This document shows, one piece after another, positions 1-9,032 of a stretch of DNA of 64,000 nt. The stretch comes from Gemmatimonadaceae bacterium. GTDB lineage: Bacteria; Gemmatimonadota; Gemmatimonadetes; Gemmatimonadales; Gemmatimonadaceae. The stretch spans positions 32,001-96,000 of the forward strand of contig JBJMOW010000005.1 of the NCBI GenBank assembly GCA_045803545.1, given 5' to 3'. The notes under the pieces are model-generated. The model did no database searches and was not told the DNA's origin. It saw nothing but the letters and a program-made list of their open reading frames with translations. A program made the position numbers and the translations under genes. How positions within the stretch are numbered: the first letter of the stretch is position 1; the number at the start of each line of letters is the position of its first letter.

Positions 1-336
1 GAGGAAGAGATCTTCATCTGGGGCCGTGAGGAACCGCTCCGGCTCTCGAGGCGCTCGCCGGGTCTGAGGCTCCTGCAGCAGGCGCGCGATGAAGCGCACC
101 GGTTTGCGGTGACCTATAACAGGAAGCGCAGATCAATGCGCACTGTTACGTCAGAGCTCCTCAAAATCAGGGGGATCGGTCCGGTGAAACGGCGGGTCCT
201 GCTCAAGGAGTTCGGTAGCGTTCAGGGTGTGCGAGAGGCTGGGGAAGACGCGATCGCCAAGCTTCCGGGGTTCAATCTGGATCGAGCGCGCAAACTGCTC
301 GAATCGCTGTCGTCGACATCGCCGATCCCGGGATAG
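1..336 (+). CDS. uvrC: Excinuclease ABC subunit C, C-terminal part (5' truncated by window)
   Basis: Frame open from base 1: ...LRLLQQARDEAHRFAVTYNRKRR...LLKIRGIGPVKRRVLLKEFGS, i.e. the RDEAHRFA motif plus HhH domain typical of the UvrC C-terminus. Confidence 0.93.
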   Translation, partial: EEEIFIWGREEPLRLSRRSPGLRLLQQARDEAHRFAVTYNRKRRSMRTVTSELLKIRGIGPVKRRVLLKEFGSVQGVREAGEDAIAKLPGFNLDRARKLLESLSSTSPIPG

Positions 337-386
337 GCGACCCCGGGCACCGTGTTAGGTTGCGTGAGCTAACGCACGGTGAATGA

Positions 387-414
387 TTGATTTCCGCCGC
401 TGTAGCTCTAAATT
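387..414 (+). promoter_or_regulatory. Putative sigma70 promoter for the DUF512-der operon
   Basis: TTGATT-16 nt-TAAATT ending 9 nt before ATG 424; would give an almost leaderless transcript. Confidence 0.35.
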
Positions 415-423
415 ACTTGAGCT

Positions 424-1710
424 ATGGTCAAGGTTTCCCGGGTAGAAGAAAACAGTGTCGGCGCCGAGCTCGGAATCCTTCCCGGAACGGAGCTTCTCTC
501 CGTCAACGACAGGCCGGTTAACGACTTCCTCGACTGGGAGTTTTTGACGGCTGACGAAGAGCTCGTCATCGAAGCGCGGCAGCCAGATGGAGAAGAAATC
601 GTATACGAGCTTGAAAGGCTCGACGGGGAGCCGCTTGGCATCTCGCTCGTTCCTCCAACGGTACGCCGCTGCGCCAACCGCTGCGAATTCTGCTTCATCG
701 AAGGACTCCCGGAAGGCTTACGAAAGCCGCTCTACATCCGCGACGACGATTATCGCCTGTCGTTCGCTTACGGCAACTTTGCGACGCTGTCGAACGTGAA
801 GGAGCGTGACATCCAGCGGATTCTGGAGTACCGCCTCTCGCCCCTGTACGTGTCGGTTCACGCTACCAATCATGAAGCGCGGAAGATTCTGCTCAACAAC
901 CCAAGGGTACCTGACATTAAGGCCCAGCTTGGACGCCTGGCCGCTGGTGGAATCAGCTTCCATTGCCAAATGGTTGTGGTTCCCGGCTTAAACGATGGCG
1001 ACGTACTCCAGGAATCACTTCGCGACCTTTGGGAGATGGGCGACGCCGTTCTTTCCGCGGCGGTGGTTCCTGTTGGCCTGACCCAGTTCTCGCACCTTTA
1101 CACGGGCAAGCGGATGGATCGGGAAACGGCGTCGACGATCCTCGACCAGGTTGAGAAGTTCGGCGCTCTCGCACTCCGCGAGCGTGGTGAAACTTGGGTA
1201 TTCGGATCGGACGAGTTGTACATGCTGGCCGGTCGCGAGCTCCCTGACGCATCCCACTATGGCGAGTTCGCTCAGATCGAGAATGGCGTCGGCGCCGTGA
1301 CATCGCTCCGCATGCGTGTGGCGCAAGGTCTCGGTCGCGTGAAGCGCCGCGAAGGCGACAGAATCGGCGTCGTCACCGGCTCGGCAATGGCACCGTTGAT
1401 GGAGCCGTTGCTCGAGAAGCTCACTGCAAAGAGCGGCGCCAGCTTCGAGTTGATCGTTGCCGAGAATTCGCTCTTTGGTCCGACGATCACCACGGCGGGG
1501 CTGCTGGTCGGACGCGATATCATCACAGCGCTTCACAATCGCACTGATCTGGACTACGCGCTGATACCGGCAGAGACCATCAACGAGGACAGCGTCTTCC
1601 TCGATGATTTCACGCTGGAAGCGGTGAGGGGCGCACTGCCGATTCCGATCTTTCCATCTTACGACTTCATCGACGTGCTGAAGTCGGAGCCGACGGCGGT
1701 GGCAGTTTGA
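424..1710 (+). CDS. DUF512 family PDZ-like + Fe-S (radical SAM-like) protein
   Basis: N-terminal PDZ-like segment, CANRCEFCF (CxxxCxxC), RDDDYRLSF and QIENGVG motifs; lies directly upstream of der. Confidence 0.85.
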   Translation: MVKVSRVEENSVGAELGILPGTELLSVNDRPVNDFLDWEFLTADEELVIEARQPDGEEIVYELERLDGEPLGISLVPPTVRRCANRCEFCFIEGLPEGLRKPLYIRDDDYRLSFAYGNFATLSNVKERDIQRILEYRLSPLYVSVHATNHEARKILLNNPRVPDIKAQLGRLAAGGISFHCQMVVVPGLNDGDVLQESLRDLWEMGDAVLSAAVVPVGLTQFSHLYTGKRMDRETASTILDQVEKFGALALRERGETWVFGSDELYMLAGRELPDASHYGEFAQIENGVGAVTSLRMRVAQGLGRVKRREGDRIGVVTGSAMAPLMEPLLEKLTAKSGASFELIVAENSLFGPTITTAGLLVGRDIITALHNRTDLDYALIPAETINEDSVFLDDFTLEAVRGALPIPIFPSYDFIDVLKSEPTAVAV

Positions 1711-3014
1711 ATCTTCCAGTCATCGCTCTCATCGGCCGGCCAAACGTCGGGAAGTCGGCGTTGTTCAACCGCATAGTCGGTGAGAATAGCGCGATCGTCA
1801 GCGACGAAGCGGGCACCACTCGTGACCGGCATTTTGCTCGCGCGGACTGGAACGGCCGGCAATTCTGGCTCGTCGATACCGGCGGACTTACCGACGATCC
1901 ACGCATCCCGATGGATGTCGAAATCAAGCGACAAGTTCTGCAGGCGATCGACGAGTCGGATTTGTTGATGCTGGTGGTCGATGCGCGATCAGGACTCCAT
2001 CCGAGCGACAGTCGCGTCGTAGATCTGCTGAGAGAAGCGGGGAAGCCCTGGGTTTTGATCGCTAACAAGGTCGACAATCCGGACACCACCGACTACTACG
2101 AGTTCTATAGCCTTGGTGCCGGGGACCCAGTTCCGGTTTCGGCGTTGAATGGAAAGCAGACTGGCGACATGCTTGATACCGTCGTCGAGCGTATCCCGAC
2201 AGCAGCGGAAGAGGTGCCGGAAGCACTCCGTGTCGCGGTAGTGGGACGTCCCAACGTCGGCAAGTCATCGCTCATCAATCGTCTGCTCGGCGAAGATCGG
2301 CTGGTCGTCGCGGATGAGGCTGGAACAACGCGTGATGCGATCGACACGCCGATGACGTACCATGGTCGGGAGATAATCTTCGTCGACACCGCCGGACTCC
2401 GACGGCAATCGAAAGTAGAGGAGGGAATCGAGTTTTATTCTGCGCTCAGAACCCGCCGCGCAATCGAGCGCTCCGATATCTGCATCCTGGTGCTCGACGC
2501 GATCGAAGGTCTCCACAATCAGGATCTCAAGATCGCGACGCTGGCATGGGACAGCGGTCGCGGACTGATCGTCGTGGTCAACAAATGGGATCTCAAGGAG
2601 AAGGGAAACAACACCGCCGCGCAGTTCGAGAAGGAAGCACACGAAAAGGCGCCGTATCTCAAGTTCGTTCCTTTCGTCTTCACCTCCGCGGTGAGCGGAC
2701 AACGCGTCACCAAGATCCTCGACTTGCTGGTGGAGGTCGACGCCGAGCGGCACAAGCGAATCAGCACGTCGCAGGTAAATTCTACGCTCGAGGAAATCGT
2801 AGGCCGTCGGCAACCGCCTCAAGCTGCGGGGCGGGAGGTCAAGCTCAATTACGCGACCCAGGTCGAGACAGCGCCGCCGGTGATTGCGGTTTTCGGCAAT
2901 AATCCCGATCTCGTGCAGGAGCACTATGTTCGCTACCTCCACAACGGTTTCCGCGAGGCCTGGGGATTCCACGGCAACCCTCTCCGCATCATCATGCGTC
3001 GTAAATCAGCGTAG
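1707..3014 (+). CDS. der: Ribosome biogenesis GTPase Der (EngA)
   Basis: Two tandem G domains (GRPNVGKS x2, GTTRD x2, DTGG/DTAG, NKVD/NKWD) and KH-like C-terminus; TTG start overlapping upstream stop. Confidence 0.97.
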   Translation: MNLPVIALIGRPNVGKSALFNRIVGENSAIVSDEAGTTRDRHFARADWNGRQFWLVDTGGLTDDPRIPMDVEIKRQVLQAIDESDLLMLVVDARSGLHPSDSRVVDLLREAGKPWVLIANKVDNPDTTDYYEFYSLGAGDPVPVSALNGKQTGDMLDTVVERIPTAAEEVPEALRVAVVGRPNVGKSSLINRLLGEDRLVVADEAGTTRDAIDTPMTYHGREIIFVDTAGLRRQSKVEEGIEFYSALRTRRAIERSDICILVLDAIEGLHNQDLKIATLAWDSGRGLIVVVNKWDLKEKGNNTAAQFEKEAHEKAPYLKFVPFVFTSAVSGQRVTKILDLLVEVDAERHKRISTSQVNSTLEEIVGRRQPPQAAGREVKLNYATQVETAPPVIAVFGNNPDLVQEHYVRYLHNGFREAWGFHGNPLRIIMRRKSA

Positions 3015-3629
3015 ATGGCGCCGATAATCGGCGTTCTCATCGCGTACCTCGCAGGCTCAATCCCATCGGCCTACATCGCCGGGCGGGTACGCGGCGTCGA
3101 TCTGAGAAAACACGGATCCGGAAACCTTGGCGCCACCAACGTCGTGCGAGTGCTGGGCGCGAAGATCGGAGCTGTCGTTTTTCTCGCTGATTTTTTCAAG
3201 GGCTTCCTGCCCGTGTTTTACCTTCCGATCGTCGCGGACACATTGCAGCCGCAGTTGTGGGCTCTCATCTATGGCGCGGCGGCGATTCTCGGTCATGTGA
3301 AGCCAATCTTTCTGCTCGGGCGCGGTGGTGGCAAAGGCGTCGCGACTGCGAGTGGAGTGTTCACGGCACTGGCGCCGGTACCAATGCTGATCTCGATGGC
3401 GACCTGGATCGTCGTCTTCTGGATTTCGCGCTATGTGAGTCTGGCCTCGCTGATTGGAGCGGCCATTCTGCCAGTTGCCATCTACGTGCTTTACCGGGAC
3501 GCGCACGCGCCAGTTTTCATCGCCAGCGTCATCATCGCGGCGTTCGTGTTCTGGACTCATCGCGCCAACATCGGTCGCCTTCGTCGCGGTGAAGAGCACC
3601 GCTTCGTGAAGAAGGAGACAGCGTCCTGA
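3015..3629 (+). CDS. plsY: Glycerol-3-phosphate acyltransferase PlsY
   Basis: GSIP, GSGNLGATN, GGKGVAT, HRANIGRL motifs; hydrophobic; between der and gpsA. Confidence 0.95.
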   Translation: MAPIIGVLIAYLAGSIPSAYIAGRVRGVDLRKHGSGNLGATNVVRVLGAKIGAVVFLADFFKGFLPVFYLPIVADTLQPQLWALIYGAAAILGHVKPIFLLGRGGGKGVATASGVFTALAPVPMLISMATWIVVFWISRYVSLASLIGAAILPVAIYVLYRDAHAPVFIASVIIAAFVFWTHRANIGRLRRGEEHRFVKKETAS

Positions 3630-4624
3630 TGCGATGCGCGGTGGTAGGTGCCGGTGCTTGGGGTACCGCTCTCGCCGATCTGCTGGTGCGCAACGGACAC
3701 GAAGTAAAACTGTGGGCGTTCGAGCCGGACGTCGTCGACTCGGTCAACAACAAGCACGAGAACACCCGATTCCTGTCGGGGCACAAGCTGGCCGAAGGAC
3801 TCCAGGCAGACAGCGACGTCGAGGAAGTCGTCGATGATGCCGAGCTGGTGACGTTCGCGACGCCGTCGCACGTCTTGCGATTGATCGCTCGAAAGGCGGT
3901 GAAGGTTCTACCGGACAATGCACCGCTCGTCGTGGCGACCAAAGGGATCGAGAAATCGACGTTATGCCTGATGACCGAAGTAGTGGAGCAGGAAGCATCG
4001 GCCGCGACAGTCGTCGCTTTGTCGGGCCCGAGCTTCGCCACCGAGGTTGTCAGTCGTCAGCCAACCGCTGTCGTTGTCGCGTCCGAAGACGAGAGTGCTG
4101 CCGAGCTTACTCAGCGGGTATTCAGCTCGCCCTACTTTCGCGCGTATACACACACTGATGTAATTGGGGTCGAGCTGGGTGGTGCGCTCAAGAATGTCAT
4201 GGCAGTAGCCACCGGCATTGCCGACGGGCTCGGCCTTGGGTTCAACGCCCGCGCCGCGCTCGTGACGCGCGGACTCGCTGAGATGACCCGGCTCGGTGTG
4301 GCACTCGGCGCCGAGCAGAGCACCTTCGCCGGACTGGCAGGATTGGGTGATCTCGTTCTTACCTGTACGGGCACCCTGAGTCGTAACCGCACAGTCGGCC
4401 TGGAGCTGGGAAAAGGGAAGCAGCTCGACGAAGTGTTGCGGAGCAGGGAAACAGTCGCGGAAGGCGTCACCGCCGCGCAGAGTGCGCGGGAGCTCGCAAT
4501 ACGCGAAGGAGTTGAAATGCCAATTGTCGATGCAGTCAATCGTGTGCTATTCGAAGGACAACCAGCGCGTCGCGCCATCGGTGAGCTGATGTCACGTGAG
4601 CTGCGCGCGGAGGTAGATCGATGA
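3629..4624 (+). CDS. gpsA: NAD(P)H-dependent glycerol-3-phosphate dehydrogenase
   Basis: GAGAWGTALA, LSGPSFA, GALKNV, GLGDLVLTC..SRN motifs. Confidence 0.96.
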   Translation: MRCAVVGAGAWGTALADLLVRNGHEVKLWAFEPDVVDSVNNKHENTRFLSGHKLAEGLQADSDVEEVVDDAELVTFATPSHVLRLIARKAVKVLPDNAPLVVATKGIEKSTLCLMTEVVEQEASAATVVALSGPSFATEVVSRQPTAVVVASEDESAAELTQRVFSSPYFRAYTHTDVIGVELGGALKNVMAVATGIADGLGLGFNARAALVTRGLAEMTRLGVALGAEQSTFAGLAGLGDLVLTCTGTLSRNRTVGLELGKGKQLDEVLRSRETVAEGVTAAQSARELAIREGVEMPIVDAVNRVLFEGQPARRAIGELMSRELRAEVDR

Positions 4625-5004
4625 AAGCAAAGGAGGCGGTGCAGGAGTTCTTCTCGATTGGTGATGTGTGCACGCTGACCGATTTGAAGCCGCACGTGCT
4701 GCGATATTGGGAAAGTCAGTTCAAGTTTCTCCATCCGGCGAAGAATCGGTCCGGCAATCGCGTCTATCAGCGCCGCGAGATCGAACTGATCATGCTCGTC
4801 AAACAGCTCCTTTACACCGAGAAGTACACCATCGACGGGGCACGCCAGAAGATCGACGAGTACCGCAAGAGCGGCGAGCTGCGCTCGGTGGCACGCGCGG
4901 CACTGGATTCGCAAGCGGTCGAAACTATGGAAACCGAGCTTCGCGCAATCCTCGCGCTTTTGAACGGCGAGCCAGACCCGACTCAAGGGAGTGCAGAAAC
5001 TTGA
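4621..5004 (+). CDS. MerR family transcriptional regulator
   Basis: FSIGDV...HVLRYWESQF...GNRVY...YTIDGAR winged-HTH pattern. Confidence 0.9.
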   Translation: MKAKEAVQEFFSIGDVCTLTDLKPHVLRYWESQFKFLHPAKNRSGNRVYQRREIELIMLVKQLLYTEKYTIDGARQKIDEYRKSGELRSVARAALDSQAVETMETELRAILALLNGEPDPTQGSAET

Positions 5005-5678
5005 TCGAACCGCTGGTGGTGATTGTTCCGGCATATAACGCCGAGCCGACTCTCGCGAACGTCGTCAAAGGCGTCCGCCGCAATCTGCCCAAGGCGCTGA
5101 TCATTGGCGTCGACGATGGATCGACCGATGGGTCGCGCAAGTTGTTGCGCACCGTAGCCGACGAGACCATTGAGTTCGACGTCAATCAAGGGAAGGGAGC
5201 GGCGCTCCGCGCTGCGTTTGCCAAGGCGCTCGAGAAAGGCGCTGCGGCGGTGCTGACAATCGATTCCGATGGGCAACACGATCCCGCATTTGCGCCGGAC
5301 ATCGTCCGCGCTCTCGACAGGGCCGACATTGTCATTGGGACGCGGGATCTGAGTGGTGCGCACGTGCCCAAGCACCGCCGGATCGCCAACATGATTTCGT
5401 CGGCGGCGACGCGCGCGGTCTCGGGTGGCAAAGTGCGTGACAGCCAGTCGGGCTATCGCGCGATGAAGGCGGATGTTCTTCGTAAGGTGGATGCCAAGGG
5501 CGACCGCTACGAGTTCGAGACCGATTTCATCATCCGCGCTGCTCGCTCTGGTTTCACGACGGTGAATGTGCCGATCTCCACCATCTACGGATCGCCGAGC
5601 TACTTCCGCGAATTTCGCGACGCATGGCTGGTGATCAAAGTCCTGTGGCGGCACAAGGCGGGGATTTTCAAGCGTTGA
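5001..5678 (+). CDS. Glycosyltransferase family 2 (DPM-synthase-like)
   Basis: VPAYN, VDDGSTD, NQGKGAA, DSDGQH, DSQSGYR motifs; TTG start 5001 overlaps the MerR stop (ORF track start 4668 is over-extended). Confidence 0.88.
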   Translation: MIEPLVVIVPAYNAEPTLANVVKGVRRNLPKALIIGVDDGSTDGSRKLLRTVADETIEFDVNQGKGAALRAAFAKALEKGAAAVLTIDSDGQHDPAFAPDIVRALDRADIVIGTRDLSGAHVPKHRRIANMISSAATRAVSGGKVRDSQSGYRAMKADVLRKVDAKGDRYEFETDFIIRAARSGFTTVNVPISTIYGSPSYFREFRDAWLVIKVLWRHKAGIFKR

Positions 5679-6436
5679 GACTGCTTTGTACAAACGACGA
5701 TGGGATTCTTGCGCACGGGCTCGCGTGTCTGATCGAAGCCGCCGAGCCCCTCGGTGAGATCACCGTCGTCGCGCCTGACAGAGAGCAAAGCGCCACCAGC
5801 CATTCGCTGACCCTGCATCACCCGATTCGCCCCATCGAGCGGGGCGAGCGGCGCTATCAAGTCGATGGTACTCCGACTGACTGCGTGATGCTGGCGGTCG
5901 AAGCGTTGATGCCGCAGCGTCCCGATTTCGTGATGAGTGGGATCAACCACGGACAGAACATGGGCGAGGATGTTCTGTACTCGGGAACAGTCGCCGCGGC
6001 AATGGAAGGACTCTCGCTCGGCATCCCATCCATCGCGATTTCCTTTGCCGGCGGCGACCTGCGAGCCGACGTCAGCATGTTGCGCGATCAGATCGATCCG
6101 TTGCGGAGTCTACTGAAGCACGTCATTTCACTGCCATCGTTTCCCGAGAACACTCTGCTCAACATCAACATGCCGCCTTTGCGCGGCGACGACATCAGAG
6201 GGGTACGACTCACTCGCCTCGGCAGACGAGTCTATTCCGATTCGCTGAAACCGATGCAGGACCCGTGGGGAAGGCAGATCTATTGGATTGGTGGCGGATC
6301 AATTGCGTGGTCTGGAGAGGAGACGTCGGATTTCCGCGCCATTCAGGAAGGCTACATCTCGGTGACCCCGCTTCACCTCGATCTTACGCACCACGCGATG
6401 CTGGCGTCAGCTGAGAAATGGTGGCAACAGCCGTAG
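5675..6436 (+). CDS. surE: 5'/3'-nucleotidase SurE
   Basis: TNDDG, GTPTDCV, SGINHGQNMG..YSGTV motifs; TTG start at 5675. Confidence 0.96.
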   Translation: MRLLCTNDDGILAHGLACLIEAAEPLGEITVVAPDREQSATSHSLTLHHPIRPIERGERRYQVDGTPTDCVMLAVEALMPQRPDFVMSGINHGQNMGEDVLYSGTVAAAMEGLSLGIPSIAISFAGGDLRADVSMLRDQIDPLRSLLKHVISLPSFPENTLLNINMPPLRGDDIRGVRLTRLGRRVYSDSLKPMQDPWGRQIYWIGGGSIAWSGEETSDFRAIQEGYISVTPLHLDLTHHAMLASAEKWWQQP

Positions 6437-7080
6437 AACCCGATTATCGCGGACCGCGTCGCCGTCTGGTCGAGCAGCTGCACGATCAGGGCATACTCGA
6501 CCTCGCCGTACTTCACGCGATTGATGAAGTGCCGCGGCATCTGTTCGTGCCGACCGGCGTGCGTCATCGTGCTTATGAAGATTCGGCCTTGCCGATTGGA
6601 AATGGACAGACGATTTCACAGCCTTCGATCCACGCACGGTATCTCGAACTGCTCAAGCTGAGTGGGAAAGAGAAGGTGCTCGAGATCGGTACGGGCTCGG
6701 GCTATCAGACCGCGCTGCTCGCAAAGCTCGCCTCGCAGGTTTTTTCGATCGAGCGGATCGCGCCGCTTCTCGACAAGGCGCGTGAGACATTGCGAGAAAT
6801 AGGAGCGCGCAACGTCTCGCTCCTACTTGGCGATGGGACGCTCGGCTGGAGACAGTACGCTCCTTATGATGCGATTCTCGTCGGCGCCGCAGCGCCTGAA
6901 GTGCCGAGCACCTATCATGAGCAGCTCAGTGAAGGCGGTCGCCTTCTGATTCCGCTCGGCGATCGCGAGGAGCAAATTCTTTACATGTTCACACGACGGG
7001 GTAGCGAGCTCGACGCGACCGAGGTTGCACCAGTGAGGTTCGTGCCGCTGCTTGGGAAGTACAGTTGGGAGGATAAGTAA
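6418..7080 (+). CDS. pcm: Protein-L-isoaspartate O-methyltransferase
   Basis: VPRHLFV, GQTISQP, VLEIGTGSGYQ, VRFVPL motifs; classical surE-pcm pair. Confidence 0.96.
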   Translation: MVATAVEPDYRGPRRRLVEQLHDQGILDLAVLHAIDEVPRHLFVPTGVRHRAYEDSALPIGNGQTISQPSIHARYLELLKLSGKEKVLEIGTGSGYQTALLAKLASQVFSIERIAPLLDKARETLREIGARNVSLLLGDGTLGWRQYAPYDAILVGAAAPEVPSTYHEQLSEGGRLLIPLGDREEQILYMFTRRGSELDATEVAPVRFVPLLGKYSWEDK

Positions 7081-7784
7081 TGGCACAGACGCCGCAGCGG
7101 CCGTACGTCCCGCACCGCACACCGACTCGCGGCCAACCTGCGATCTCGGTCGCGGATTTTGCGCTGGCGAAGCCGTTTATACCCGGCGCAGAGCAACTAC
7201 AGAGCTCCATTTTGGACATGCACGCCGCGCCAGAAACTACACTCGCTGAAGCTCCAATCGCATCGATCGCGACTTTCTTGGCGGCGCCGCAGCTGACCGC
7301 GATAATTCCGCCCCGGGAGGGTGTGCTGGCCGACGATGAAGCCGAAGAGCTGCAGGAATTGCCACCGCTCGAGCATTTCCTCGATCCACTGCCTCCGATC
7401 TCCGAGTTCTCGATAGCTGCCGATACCTACGCCGCCGAGGACTTTCCGGATGAGATGGCAGACGTCCAACCTCACGATCGCGCCGACTCTGATTGGGTCG
7501 CGACGGATTGGCAGCGTTACGATTGGCAATCCGTCGCTGCTCTCGGCGACGCCGAACGATCGCAAGCAGAAGCAGCCAGCGATTGGGCGATGACGGATTG
7601 GGATGTACCATCGCCGCGAAAAACGGATCGAACCAAAACCCCGGCCGATGCCATCGCCGTGGCGTTGGATCAAATCGCCGAGCGCCTCAGGAATGGCGAT
7701 CTCGGCTTGCCGGGCGGTGGTTCGGTCGCAGATCCTGCGACGATAGCCGCGACGTTGGCAGCGCTGCTCGGAGTGAGACGTTAG
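7080..7784 (+). CDS. Hypothetical acidic Pro/Ala-rich protein with repeated DW motifs
   Basis: 234-aa ORF coupled to pcm (TAATG) and filling the gap to acyP; no recognisable family. Confidence 0.7.
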   Translation: MAQTPQRPYVPHRTPTRGQPAISVADFALAKPFIPGAEQLQSSILDMHAAPETTLAEAPIASIATFLAAPQLTAIIPPREGVLADDEAEELQELPPLEHFLDPLPPISEFSIAADTYAAEDFPDEMADVQPHDRADSDWVATDWQRYDWQSVAALGDAERSQAEAASDWAMTDWDVPSPRKTDRTKTPADAIAVALDQIAERLRNGDLGLPGGGSVADPATIAATLAALLGVRR

Positions 7785-7789
7785 CGCAG

Positions 7790-8065
7790 ATGGATACGAT
7801 TCACCTCGAAATCCGCGGTCGGGTGCAGGGTGTAGGATTCCGCTGGTTTATCGTGGAGAGAGCCGAGCAGCTGAAGCTTGCCGGATGGGTGCGGAATCGC
7901 CGTGACGGTCGTGTGGAGCTCGCGGCGGCTGGACCGACGGAAGCGCTGAAGGAGTTCGAGACCGCGGCGAGGCAGGGGCCACGCGGGGCGAACGTCGAGG
8001 AAGTGCGCGACCTCGGGGCGGTGCCGTTGGAGTCTCTCAAACGCCCATTCGAGATCGTGCGCTAG
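7790..8065 (+). CDS. acyP: Acylphosphatase
   Basis: GRVQGVGFR, GWVRN..DGRVE, GP motifs; ATG at 7790, 91 aa. Confidence 0.93.
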   Translation: MDTIHLEIRGRVQGVGFRWFIVERAEQLKLAGWVRNRRDGRVELAAAGPTEALKEFETAARQGPRGANVEEVRDLGAVPLESLKRPFEIVR

Positions 8066-8137
8066 GTACCCAGCTGAGGCCGGCTCTTGTAGATTCAGGG
8101 CCAATTGCGGGAGAAGCCACGATTCAACGGTGATATC

Positions 8138-8211
8138 GCCCCCGTAGCTCAGGTGGATAGAGCAGCGGTTTCCTAAACCGTTGGCCGGGTGTTCGAGTCA
8201 CCCCGGGGGCA
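8138..8211 (+). tRNA. tRNA-Arg (anticodon CCT), CCA not encoded
   Basis: Acceptor GCCCCCG/CGGGGGC, D arm GCTC..GAGC, anticodon arm GCGGT-TTCCTAA-ACCGT, T arm GGGTG-TTCGAGT-CACCC. Confidence 0.96.
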
Positions 8212-8241
8212 CTCCCAGATCAACAAAGGATCAATCGAGAA

Positions 8242-8904
8242 ATGACGACACCGAATGTTCAGGCGCGTAAGAAGTACGGCGCGGACGAGGAGTCCATCGC
8301 CGAATGGTTGAAAGACCATAGTCGCGAGCTCACATGGACCTTGATCGGACTCGCCATAGTTGTCGGCGGCTTCTGGTTTTACGAGAGATCACAGTCCATA
8401 AAGTCTCAGCGTGCGGAGACGGCCTACTTTCAGGCGAGACAGGCCGTGGAAGCGGGGAACTTGCCGTTGGGCGTCTCCGACCTTCAGAAGGTCGTCACTC
8501 GCTACGGAGGCACAGCGGCAGGCAGCCAGGCGGCCCTCACATTGGCTCAGGCGCTATACGATCAGGGCAAGTTCAAAGAAGGCGTCGCCGCTCTGAAGAA
8601 GGCTGAGGGCGACGTGCCGTCGGAGTTCCGAGCATCGGTCCACGTACTTGAAGCCGCGGGATACGAAAGCCTGAAGGATTTCGCCAACGCAGCTGAGCAG
8701 TACAGACAGGCTTCCAGCGTGACTCCGTTTGCGGCGGACAAAGCCGAATACCTGGCGAGTGCGGCCCGTGATTATCAATCCGCCGGCAATCTGAAGGCAG
8801 CCATCGGGATCTGGCAGGATTTGGTCAAGAACGAGAACCCCGCGGTGGCCGGTGAGGCGCGGGTCCGACTCGGCGAGCTACAAGCCAAGCCGATGCAGGT
8901 CTAA
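8242..8904 (+). CDS. Single-TM anchored tetratricopeptide repeat protein (YfgM-like)
   Basis: Short charged N-terminus, one TM (LTWTLIGLAIVVGGFWFY), Ala-rich TPR-like helices. Confidence 0.75.
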   Translation: MTTPNVQARKKYGADEESIAEWLKDHSRELTWTLIGLAIVVGGFWFYERSQSIKSQRAETAYFQARQAVEAGNLPLGVSDLQKVVTRYGGTAAGSQAALTLAQALYDQGKFKEGVAALKKAEGDVPSEFRASVHVLEAAGYESLKDFANAAEQYRQASSVTPFAADKAEYLASAARDYQSAGNLKAAIGIWQDLVKNENPAVAGEARVRLGELQAKPMQV

Positions 8905-8946
8905 GATCGAACCCAAGTTCCGCTTCCAAATCTGGTCTTAGCAAAG

Positions 8947-8978
8947 AAGGCCACGGGCAAATGCCGCGTGGCCTTTCT
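8947..8978 (+). terminator. Rho-independent terminator-like hairpin after the TPR gene
   Basis: AAGGCCACG-GGC-AAAT-GCC-G-CGTGGCCTT followed by TCT; A-rich on the other side, so possibly bidirectional. Confidence 0.65.
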
Positions 8979-9004
8979 ACTAACCTGGAGATTGTAAACG
9001 GGGC

Positions 9005-9032
9005 TATGCGTATAAGATAGATTATGTAAACT
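9005..9032. other. Chromosomal dif site (XerC/XerD recombination site)
   Basis: TATGCGTATAA-GATAGA-TTATGTAAACT: 11-6-11 layout, inner ATAA/TTAT dyad; right arm matches the B. subtilis dif XerD arm as I recall it, left arm resembles E. coli GGTGCGCATAA; sits where gene orientation flips. Confidence 0.85.

Noticed and set aside
348..381. CACCGTG..CACGGTG hairpin after uvrC as riboswitch or sRNA
   Set aside because: Short and bulged, with no recognisable aptamer motif; at most a weak terminator
8138..8241. tRNA-Arg(CCT) as an occupied integration site
   Set aside because: No duplicated tRNA 3' end, integrase or foreign genes follow it; the partial similarity ACCCCGGGCAC near 340 is too short and on the wrong side
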